Below, piece by piece: positions 18,726 through 26,342 of a stretch of 37,196 nucleotides of DNA. The position numbers were made by a program, and so were the translations under genes. Every line of letters begins with the position of its first letter. The stretch's first letter is position 1. The notes below the pieces were generated by a model. That model saw only the letters and a program-made list of their open reading frames with translations, was not told the origin of the DNA and made no database searches. The stretch comes from Verrucomicrobia bacterium UBA6015 (GTDB lineage Bacteria; Verrucomicrobiota; Kiritimatiellia; UBA8416), in the NCBI GenBank assembly GCA_002428045.1, contig DIZZ01000154.1, forward strand, positions 4,691-41,886. Direction: 5' to 3'.

Positions 18726-19946
18726 ATGGGAAAAGCCATAACTGAAATAGAAGGTGGAGTGACGGCGGCAATGGGGTTTCGCGCCTCTGGGATCTGTGCA
18801 GGCATCAAGGCGAATGCACCCGATCTGGCTTTACTGGTCTCCGATGTGCCTGCCTCTGCAGCCGGTGTTTTTACAAAAAATGCCATGCAAGCTGCTCCTG
18901 TAAAGCTTTGTCGCAGCGTGATCTCTGGAGGACTGGCACAGGCCGTGGTTGTCAATAGCGGTTGTGCCAATGCCTGCACCGGAGCGGATGGCATGGTGCG
19001 GGCGCAGGCCGTCGCGGCAGCAACGGCGACGGCGCTCGGGGTGGCGGCTGGCCATGTGCTGGTCTGTTCGACCGGGACGATCGGCAAGAAGCTACCTGTC
19101 GAGAAGATCGAGAACGGCATGAAAACCGCTGTGGAGGCACTCTGTGCAACAGGCGGCAATGCAGCCGCCCGGGCCATTATGACCACCGACACGGTGGATA
19201 AGCAATATGCCGTGAAAATCCAGGTGGGTGGCGTCGATGTGCATATCGGCGGCATGGCCAAAGGCGCCGGGATGATCGCACCCAACATGGCGACGATGCT
19301 GGCTTTCATCACGACCGATGCTGCCGTGGTTCCCGCCGCCTTGCAACGCTGTGTATCCGGTGCCGTGCAGACCACCTTCAACCGCATCACTATCGATGGG
19401 GATCAAAGCACCAACGACACGCTGCTGGTCATGGCCAATGGGTTGGCGATGAAAGGGCGTACGCCGCTGGATGAGAACCATCCGGACTGGTCTGTGTTCG
19501 TCGAGGCACTGGAATCCGTCGCCCGCGAACTGGCGTTGAAGATTGTGCGCGACGGCGAAGGGGCAACCTGTTTCGTTACCGTGACGGTCAACGGCGCAGC
19601 GACCCATGCCGATGCCACGCTGGCTGCCAAGGCCATTGCCAACTCCCTGCTCTGCAAGACGTCCTGGTTCGGCGGCGATCCGAACTGGGGCCGGGTCATT
19701 TGCGCGATCGGCTACAGCGGGGCCACGGTTGATCCCGACCGTGTGGATATTGCCTTTGACGAATTGATGGTGGTGCGTAACGGTCTGATGGCACCCGATG
19801 TGGCGTTCTCGGACCTGGAGGCTGTCTTTGCCCGCAAGGTCTTTGCCATCACGGCCAACCTGAACCTGGGCGACGGGACGGAAACGATGTACACGTGCGA
19901 TTGCAGCTATGAGTATGTGCGCATCAATGCGGAATACATGACGTGA
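18726..19946 (+). CDS. argJ: Bifunctional ornithine acetyltransferase/N-acetylglutamate synthase
   Basis: VNSGCANACTG, CSTGTIG, IMTTDT, KGAGMIAPNMATML (autocleavage Thr), DGDQSTND, DGEGAT, DPNWGR. Confidence 0.97.
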   Translation: MGKAITEIEGGVTAAMGFRASGICAGIKANAPDLALLVSDVPASAAGVFTKNAMQAAPVKLCRSVISGGLAQAVVVNSGCANACTGADGMVRAQAVAAATATALGVAAGHVLVCSTGTIGKKLPVEKIENGMKTAVEALCATGGNAAARAIMTTDTVDKQYAVKIQVGGVDVHIGGMAKGAGMIAPNMATMLAFITTDAAVVPAALQRCVSGAVQTTFNRITIDGDQSTNDTLLVMANGLAMKGRTPLDENHPDWSVFVEALESVARELALKIVRDGEGATCFVTVTVNGAATHADATLAAKAIANSLLCKTSWFGGDPNWGRVICAIGYSGATVDPDRVDIAFDELMVVRNGLMAPDVAFSDLEAVFARKVFAITANLNLGDGTETMYTCDCSYEYVRINAEYMT

Positions 19947-19986
19947 TGTTCAACGCGTATATATACAACAGGTGGATGAACGAATA

Positions 19987-20868
19987 ATGCAAGATGTCAG
20001 TAAAAAAGCGGCGGTACTGATCGAGGCGCTTCCCTATATTCAGCGCTTCCGCAATGCGGTGGTCGTGGTTAAGTTCGGTGGCAGTGCCATGGAAGATCCG
20101 GCCCATGTCAACGGCGTCCTGGAGGATGTTGCGTTCATGGAATGCGTCGGCATGAAGGTTGTCGTGGTGCATGGTGGCGGCAAGGAGATCTCGCGGGGAA
20201 TGGTCGAGGCCGGGATTGAGTCGCGGTTTGTGCGCGGTTTGCGCGTGACCTGTGAACGATCGATCGAGGTGGTGCGGCGTGTGATGCGGACCGATATCAA
20301 TCCGCGCATTGTCCGATCCCTAGAGGAAAAGGGGGCACCGGCCCGCAGCCTTCACGGCGAGGATATCTTTACCGTACGTCGCATGACCGACGTCGATCCT
20401 GCGACCGGGGAAACCCTTGACTGGGGTTTTGTAGGCGATCCGAATGACGTGCGCACGGAGCCCATCCAGGCGATGCTGGCGGAGGGGTTGATTCCCGTCA
20501 TCACCCCCCTGGGGATCGGTCCGGATGGGGCTGTCCACAACATCAATGCAGACGTGGCGGCAGCCGCTGTTGCCAAGGCGCTGAAGGCCCGTAAGCTGGC
20601 CTTTTTGTCGGATGTGCCGGGCTTGCTGCGCGATCCGAAGGATCCCGAATCACTGATTTCGACGCTGCAACTCGGTGAGGTTGACGGGTTGATCAAACAG
20701 GGTATCATCTCGGGGGGCATGCTGCCCAAGATCCAGAGTTGCGTCGAGGCGCTGGAGGCGGGGGTGCGCAAGGTCCACATGATTGACGGACGGATGTTGC
20801 ATTCGCTGTTGATGGAAATGTTTACGGAAAAAGGTGTTGGAACGGAAATTGTCGCGGCTGGCGTGTAA
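19987..20868 (+). CDS. argB: Acetylglutamate kinase
   Basis: LIEALPYI...VVKFGGSAM, VHGGG, GLRVT, NINAD, GGMLPK. Alternative GTG start at 19972. Confidence 0.97.
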   Translation: MQDVSKKAAVLIEALPYIQRFRNAVVVVKFGGSAMEDPAHVNGVLEDVAFMECVGMKVVVVHGGGKEISRGMVEAGIESRFVRGLRVTCERSIEVVRRVMRTDINPRIVRSLEEKGAPARSLHGEDIFTVRRMTDVDPATGETLDWGFVGDPNDVRTEPIQAMLAEGLIPVITPLGIGPDGAVHNINADVAAAAVAKALKARKLAFLSDVPGLLRDPKDPESLISTLQLGEVDGLIKQGIISGGMLPKIQSCVEALEAGVRKVHMIDGRMLHSLLMEMFTEKGVGTEIVAAGV

Positions 20869-20944
20869 GGCGGGCAAGGGCAACGTGTAATGATAACGGC
20901 TGTGTGCACGGGTGTACGCAGACAAAGCGAGAGGACCGGGGATA

Positions 20945-22138
20945 ATGAGCAAAACGGACGATATTAAGAGCTTGTATAATCAGTATGTCATGCCGACCTA
21001 CGCACAGGAATTGGCGCTGGTGAAGGGTCGTGGAACCAAGGTGTGGGATGCCGATGGCAAGGTGTACCTTGATTTTGCAGCGGGCATTGCCGTGCTCACG
21101 GCGGGCTATTCGCATCCGAAAATCGTGGCGGCCGTGCAGGAGCAGGCAGCAAACCTGGTGCATGTTTCCAATCTCTATTTCAACGAGAACCAGGGATTGC
21201 TGGCAAAACGGCTTTCTGAGCTGTCGCTGGGCGGAAAATGCTTTTTCTGTAATTCCGGCGCCGAGGCCAATGAAGGAATGATCAAGTTGGCTCGACTCTG
21301 GGGCCATGCGAAGGGCAAATTCGAAGTCATCTGCATGAAGAACTCGTTCCATGGCAGGACCCTGGCAACGGCATCGGCAACAGGGCAGGATAAAGTCAAG
21401 AAAGGCTTTGACCCCATGCCTGCCGGGTTTGTGCATGCCACCTACAATGATCTTGATTCGGTCAAGGCGCTGGTCACTGAAAAAACCGTGGCGATCATGC
21501 TGGAAACCATCCAGGGCGAAGGCGGTGTGATTCCGGCTGAGCCTGAATTCATGGACGGGATCCGGGCGCTTTGCGACGAGAAGGGGCTGCTCATGCTGTG
21601 CGATGAAATACAGAGCGGCATGGGCCGCACCGGCAAGTGGTTTGCCTACCAGCATTACGGTGTCCAGCCGGATGCGATCTCGCTGGCCAAGGGGCTGGGA
21701 AGCGGTTACCCGATCGGTGCGGTCGTCTCGGGCACCAAGCTGGCCGATGTATTCCAGCCGGGAAATCATGGCAGCACGTTCGGCGGAACCCCGCTGGCCT
21801 GCGCGTCGGCGCTGGCGACCATTGCCGTCATCGAGGAAGAGGGCCTGGTTGAGAAGGCGGCCGAAAAGGGTGAGCTGCTCAAGGAAGGCCTGCTCGATTT
21901 CGCGGAGCGTTTTGCACATGTCAAGGAAGTCCGTGGCATGGGGATGATGCTCGGTATGGTGCTCGATGTGGAAGCCAAGCCCCTGACCAAGGCCTTTGCC
22001 GAGATCGGCCTACTGGCCATTCCCACGGCAAACAATGTCGTCCGCTTCCTGCCGCCCTTGACCGTCAAGGACGATGAGCTTGAGGAAGCGCTGGATATCA
22101 TGGATGATTGCCTGGAGAGCATGCATCAGGAGGGTTGA
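20945..22138 (+). CDS. argD: Acetylornithine aminotransferase
   Basis: GAGAGGA RBS; FFCNSGAEANE, SFHGRT, IQGEGG, DEIQSGMGRTG, LAKGLGSG (PLP Lys), HGSTFGG. Confidence 0.95.
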   Translation: MSKTDDIKSLYNQYVMPTYAQELALVKGRGTKVWDADGKVYLDFAAGIAVLTAGYSHPKIVAAVQEQAANLVHVSNLYFNENQGLLAKRLSELSLGGKCFFCNSGAEANEGMIKLARLWGHAKGKFEVICMKNSFHGRTLATASATGQDKVKKGFDPMPAGFVHATYNDLDSVKALVTEKTVAIMLETIQGEGGVIPAEPEFMDGIRALCDEKGLLMLCDEIQSGMGRTGKWFAYQHYGVQPDAISLAKGLGSGYPIGAVVSGTKLADVFQPGNHGSTFGGTPLACASALATIAVIEEEGLVEKAAEKGELLKEGLLDFAERFAHVKEVRGMGMMLGMVLDVEAKPLTKAFAEIGLLAIPTANNVVRFLPPLTVKDDELEEALDIMDDCLESMHQEG

Positions 22139-22141
22139 TCG

Positions 22142-23374
22142 ATGAAACTCGCGGATTTGAAGGGCCGGAAGGCTGGTATTTGCGTATCCGGTGGATTGGA
22201 CAGTCGCACGGTGGCCAAGACGTTGGTCGAGTCAGGGGTTGATGTGGTCTGCTTCACGGCAGACCTAGCACAGCCGGATGAGGCCGACATCAATGACGTC
22301 GTCGAAAAGATGGCCCCCTGTGGGGCTCCGACGTTTGTTGTGGATCTGAAACAGGAGATGGCCGAGGCGTGCTTCGAGGTGATCACCTGCCAGGCCATGT
22401 ACGATGGCGGCTACTGGAATTCCACCGGGATCGCCCGGGCCGTGACCGTCAAGGGCCTGCTGGCCGCGATGAAGGCCAAGGGCTGCTCGGTCCTGGTGCA
22501 TGGCGCCACGGGCCGCGGCAACGATCAGATGCGCTTCGAGCGTTACACCAATGTGCTCGCGCCCGAGATGAAGGTTTATGCCCCATGGCGGGATCCGGAT
22601 CTTCTGAAACTGTTCCCCGGACGGCTGGAAATGGTCGAGTTCCTGCGCAAGGCGGGGATCGAGGCGTTCCCGGGCGGAAAAAAGCGCTACTCAACAGATG
22701 CCAACCTGGCCGGGCTCTCGCATGAAGCCGAGGATCTGGAAAGTCTGGAGACACCAGCGATGATTGTGACCCCGACGATGGGCGTATGGCCTGCGGATGC
22801 TCCCGATATCGAGGAGATCTTCGAGGTGCGCTTCGAGAAAGGGCGTACGGTGGAGGTCAACGGCGAGACGCTCAGTCCTCTGGACGTCATGCAAATGGCC
22901 AACCAAATCGGCGGTCGCAACGGCATCGGCTTCAAGAACGCGCTTGAGAATCGGATCATCGGCACCAAGAGTCGTGGGGTTTACGAGGCACCCGGCATGG
23001 AACTGCTGAGTCGCTGCCTCGAATGCGTTTACCAGGCCACGCTGGACCGCCGGGCGCTGGCCCTCTTCAAGCCGCTCTCCTCGCTGGTTGCCAACCAGAT
23101 CTATGACGGGCGCTATTATGACCCCGTGACCACCGCCGCCATGGCTGGCATCAATGTGTTTGCGCACTATGCCAGCGGTCGGGTGAAGGTCGGCTTGTAT
23201 AAAGGTAATGTGCTTTTCCATAGCTTGACCGAATGCCCGGCTTCGCTGTACAACGAGGCGGATTCCTCGATGGAAGCCAGCAATGGCCTCAATCCCGTAA
23301 GTTCACAGGGCTTTGCTGAAATTCAATCCGTGGAGGCTCGCTCGCTGGCCTTTGCAGGGCAAATTAGATGGTAA
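22142..23374 (+). CDS. argG: Argininosuccinate synthase
   Basis: SGGLDS, HGATGRGNDQMRF, YSTDANL, KSRGVYEAPG. Confidence 0.95.
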   Translation: MKLADLKGRKAGICVSGGLDSRTVAKTLVESGVDVVCFTADLAQPDEADINDVVEKMAPCGAPTFVVDLKQEMAEACFEVITCQAMYDGGYWNSTGIARAVTVKGLLAAMKAKGCSVLVHGATGRGNDQMRFERYTNVLAPEMKVYAPWRDPDLLKLFPGRLEMVEFLRKAGIEAFPGGKKRYSTDANLAGLSHEAEDLESLETPAMIVTPTMGVWPADAPDIEEIFEVRFEKGRTVEVNGETLSPLDVMQMANQIGGRNGIGFKNALENRIIGTKSRGVYEAPGMELLSRCLECVYQATLDRRALALFKPLSSLVANQIYDGRYYDPVTTAAMAGINVFAHYASGRVKVGLYKGNVLFHSLTECPASLYNEADSSMEASNGLNPVSSQGFAEIQSVEARSLAFAGQIRW

Positions 23375-23379
23375 GGGCC

Positions 23380-23409
23380 TTGACGCGTCGTTAACGATCA
23401 GGTTATGAT
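23380..23409 (+). promoter_or_regulatory. sigma70 promoter of the metallophosphoesterase gene
   Basis: TTGACG-N18-TATGAT ending 11 nt before the ATG; palindrome TCGTTAACGA in the spacer. Confidence 0.55.
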
Positions 23410-23420
23410 CAAATAACGGT

Positions 23421-24149
23421 ATGAGTAAAAAATACGCCATATTAGGTGATATCCACGCCAATTGGGAGGCGTTGTCGGCGGTATTAGAGGATGCCAAAGC
23501 CAACGACGTGGACACCTATGTATGCGTAGGCGATATTGTGGGCTATAATGCCAGCCCCTCGGAATGCCTGGAGAAGATCCGCGAGATATGTGTAGCCGTC
23601 GTGCGCGGTAATCATGATCACTATGTTGCCAACGACGAATGCCTTGAGGACTTTCATCCGTTGGCCGCCAATGTCATCGACTGGACGCGTCGGCAGCTCT
23701 CGAAAGATCAGTTGCAGTACCTAAAGAACCTGCGGCTCTCGCGCATGGTGGATGGCTTCACGATTGTGCACAGCACCTTGGATATGCCCGAGAAATGGGG
23801 CTATGTGATTGATACACTGGATGCGGATTCCAACTTCAATTACCAAACCTCGTCGGTGTGTTTCCACGGGCATACGCATGTCCCTGTCGTTTTCGAGCGG
23901 CAGGGGCGGGTGGTTCGGACGAGCTTTACCATCTTCAATACAACGCTAGGGCGCAAGTGCTTCGTGAACACCGGCAGCGTTGGGCAGCCCCGCGACGGGG
24001 ATCCGCGGGCGTCGTATGTGATTTATGATCCAACGGCGCGGCGGATAGAATTGCGGCGGGTTGAATACGACATCGCCACCACTCAGCGCAAGATTCTGGA
24101 GGCTGGGCTGCCCGAACGGTTGGCCCGCCGCCTGGAACATGGGAAATAA
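23421..24149 (+). CDS. Calcineurin-like metallophosphoesterase (YfcE/MJ0936-type)
   Basis: GDIHAN, GDIVGY, RGNHD, GHTH, NTGSVGQPRDG. Confidence 0.92.
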   Translation: MSKKYAILGDIHANWEALSAVLEDAKANDVDTYVCVGDIVGYNASPSECLEKIREICVAVVRGNHDHYVANDECLEDFHPLAANVIDWTRRQLSKDQLQYLKNLRLSRMVDGFTIVHSTLDMPEKWGYVIDTLDADSNFNYQTSSVCFHGHTHVPVVFERQGRVVRTSFTIFNTTLGRKCFVNTGSVGQPRDGDPRASYVIYDPTARRIELRRVEYDIATTQRKILEAGLPERLARRLEHGK

Positions 24150-24155
24150 ACGCCT

Positions 24156-25055
24156 TCAGGCAGCACAGGACTGGGCGCAGAGTGCAGGCTCGATGGCCAT
24201 CCGCCGTGAAAACATCTGTTCCCGAAGGCGGTTAAGCCCCTGCACGCAGATTTGCCGGCAACGCTCACTCGAAATGCCATACATGGATGATATGTCGCGT
24301 AAGGTAGGTGCGGATTCACTGAAATAGAGCATTGAGATAATCTCGCGGGTACGCGGTGCCAGGCTATTCAGCTCGCGGATGAGGAATGAGCGCATATCGC
24401 TGGAACAGGCTTCCTCAAATGGGTTGACACTATTCTCGCTGGCAATAAAGTCATTCCAACTGCCATCCGTTTCCTCGCTGCCTGCCCCGGCCAAATCCTC
24501 GAGCATACATACGCTGCTGTGGGTGCTTAACTTGATAAAAGCCAGTGCATCCTCGCTAAGGTTCATCCGCTCCTGCAGCTCGCTATCCGAAAGCATATCA
24601 CCATGTTCACGCTGCAGATTTTCCATCTCGCTCCAGTAGCCGAAATGATGTTCCGGGATGTGGATGAAACGCGCGTTCTTGATGGCCCGGATCATGTGGC
24701 TTTTGATACATTTGCAGGCATAGGTGCTGAAGCGCACAGCGGCGGCCTCATTGCCATCCGCCTCATCGAACTTCGAGTTGAAATTCTTGGCTGCCTTCAT
24801 CAGGCCGATATTACCCTCGGCAATCAGATCCATCACACTGATCCGCGAGGAGGCCCGATAACGCTCGAACTCCTTCTGGCAGTGCACCACAAGCCGCAGA
24901 TTCGAATGGATCAGCTCGTTGATCGCCGCTTCCCTCTGCTCCTCGTTCGTACAGGTCTGGATAATCATTGACAACGCCACCTCGCGCTCCGGCGAAATGC
25001 GTTCGTACGGCGATATGTCCTTGATATAACGACTGTAGGCATCCGAATCTGTCAT
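24156..25055 (-). CDS. Alternative sigma70-family RNA polymerase sigma factor (group 2/3-like, regions 1.2-4, divergent)
   Basis: AAAGGAG precedes ATG 25055. Region 1.2 YIKDIS...EREVAL; region 2 SNLRLVV, DLIAEGNIGLMKA, RFSTYA; region 4 TLRDIS...ERCRQI; 299 aa, no region 1.1. Confidence 0.9.
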   Translation of the reverse strand: MTDSDAYSRYIKDISPYERISPEREVALSMIIQTCTNEEQREAAINELIHSNLRLVVHCQKEFERYRASSRISVMDLIAEGNIGLMKAAKNFNSKFDEADGNEAAAVRFSTYACKCIKSHMIRAIKNARFIHIPEHHFGYWSEMENLQREHGDMLSDSELQERMNLSEDALAFIKLSTHSSVCMLEDLAGAGSEETDGSWNDFIASENSVNPFEEACSSDMRSFLIRELNSLAPRTREIISMLYFSESAPTLRDISSMYGISSERCRQICVQGLNRLREQMFSRRMAIEPALCAQSCAA

Positions 25056-25105
25056 GGCCGCAACTCCTTTGTGCAACGTGTACAAAATCCACATGCCGTT
25101 TAGAT

Positions 25106-25122
25106 AGCCAGAACCGTGCCAA
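25106..25122 (-). promoter_or_regulatory. sigma54 (RpoN) -24/-12 promoter upstream of the sigma factor gene
   Basis: Minus strand TTGGCACGGTTCTGGCT against consensus TGGCACG-N4-TTGC(A/T): GG-N10-GC spacing intact, one mismatch. Confidence 0.7.
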
Positions 25123-25162
25123 CCGCGAATACAACCCTGTCGATGTTCTTCAACTAATTGTT

Positions 25163-25175
25163 AATCAATGATTTG
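25163..25175 (+). promoter_or_regulatory. IHF-binding site
   Basis: AATCAATGATTTG is an exact match to WATCAANNNNTTR, in an AT-rich tract ~40 bp upstream of the -24 box. Confidence 0.55.
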
Positions 25176-25221
25176 AAACTTATAAAGCACGCCTGCTGAA
25201 AGACCCCATGAAAGGAATGTG

Positions 25222-25249
25222 TGCACAAAAGGTATCGCCTTTTGCGTGC
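25222..25249. repeat. Inverted repeat (candidate enhancer UAS or terminator of the SGNH gene)
   Basis: (tgca)CAAAAGG-tatcg-CCTTTTG(cgtgc), ~100-125 bp upstream of the -24 box. Confidence 0.35.
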
Positions 25250-25327
25250 CGTGCATACCCCAGTACGCACCCAGCCTAAACCGGTGCCTGAGGAGGATCG
25301 CCTAGCGGTGCGCCGGAAAACATGCGT

Positions 25328-26329
25328 TCAATTCAATGTGCGGGTGATAAAGGCCGCCAGGTTCGTGCCGATCTCCTGCATCCCCGTGTCGCTGGGGTGG
25401 ACCATATCGGTACGAAGCCCGGTTGGATCGGTCAGCAAGGTCCGTCCGTCCACATGATGAACATGGCTCGAACCGGTGGCGGCGACGATGTCCCTGACGG
25501 CATCCCGGAAACCGACAGCACCGACCGGGGTGTCGGCGACATCGTTGAAGTAGGTAAAGAGATCGATACAGAAGATCGGCTTCTGCGGGTGCGCGGCGAC
25601 AACAGTGCCGACAAAGGTCTCGACGGCTGCACGGAACTGCTCGATCGTCCACGTCCTGACGTTGATGCCCATCTCGAAGGTCGCCAGATCCCAGTCCTGG
25701 CGGGCAGCGATGTGCTCGGCGATCGCCCGATCCATCTGCGCGGCCCCGCCGAAACCGAGGTTGACCAGGTCGCAGCCCAGACGCCTGGCACAGTGTGCCG
25801 CGTACGTTCCCTCCGGGGCGATCGCGCAGGCTCCGTGAGTGATCGACGAGCCGTAGCAAAGCAGCGTCTTCGAGGGTGTCGAGCCAGCGTCCGGATAGGC
25901 CAGATCCCCGGTGATGGAAAGGATGCGGGCAGTATGGATTGGTGGCAGCCGTACCCGCACCAGCCGGGGATCAAACAAGGCCGCTCGGCGGGTTTTCTGC
26001 ATCATGGCAAGCCGGTCGGGTGGTTTGATGACGATCTCAACCGGCTCCTTTCCTGCCATCACCGACTGACTGCAGAAGTCACCGTGATAGACCGTGATCA
26101 CCGGGGGCGTGGTGTTGCTGTCGATCACCTGCAGAACCACCTTTGCCTCACCCCCCGGCGGCAGTATCCCGCGGATCTCGCAACCGGTCCCCATCCTGGC
26201 CATACCGGCGGCACCCTTGTTGATCTCCGGCAGGATCGCCAATGGCAGGCGCGACATCCCAACACCCGGCTTGCCGTCGCCATCCAGGATGCCGCAGACA
26301 TTATGCAGTTCAATCGTCCCGTATTTCAT
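25328..26329 (-). CDS. SGNH/GDSL hydrolase (putative carbohydrate esterase)
   Basis: Block I YGSSITHG, block II NLGFGG, block III MGIN, block V DMVHP; no signal peptide. Confidence 0.85.
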   Translation of the reverse strand: MKYGTIELHNVCGILDGDGKPGVGMSRLPLAILPEINKGAAGMARMGTGCEIRGILPPGGEAKVVLQVIDSNTTPPVITVYHGDFCSQSVMAGKEPVEIVIKPPDRLAMMQKTRRAALFDPRLVRVRLPPIHTARILSITGDLAYPDAGSTPSKTLLCYGSSITHGACAIAPEGTYAAHCARRLGCDLVNLGFGGAAQMDRAIAEHIAARQDWDLATFEMGINVRTWTIEQFRAAVETFVGTVVAAHPQKPIFCIDLFTYFNDVADTPVGAVGFRDAVRDIVAATGSSHVHHVDGRTLLTDPTGLRTDMVHPSDTGMQEIGTNLAAFITRTLN

Positions 26330-26342
26330 CTTCCCCTCGGGG

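Noticed and set aside
19954-19967. ARG-box- or SOS-box-like CGCGTATATATACA between argJ and argB
   Set aside because: Single copy with two mismatches to the ARG box, located mid-operon, with no matching box upstream of argJ. It also lacks the CTG/CAG ends of a LexA box.
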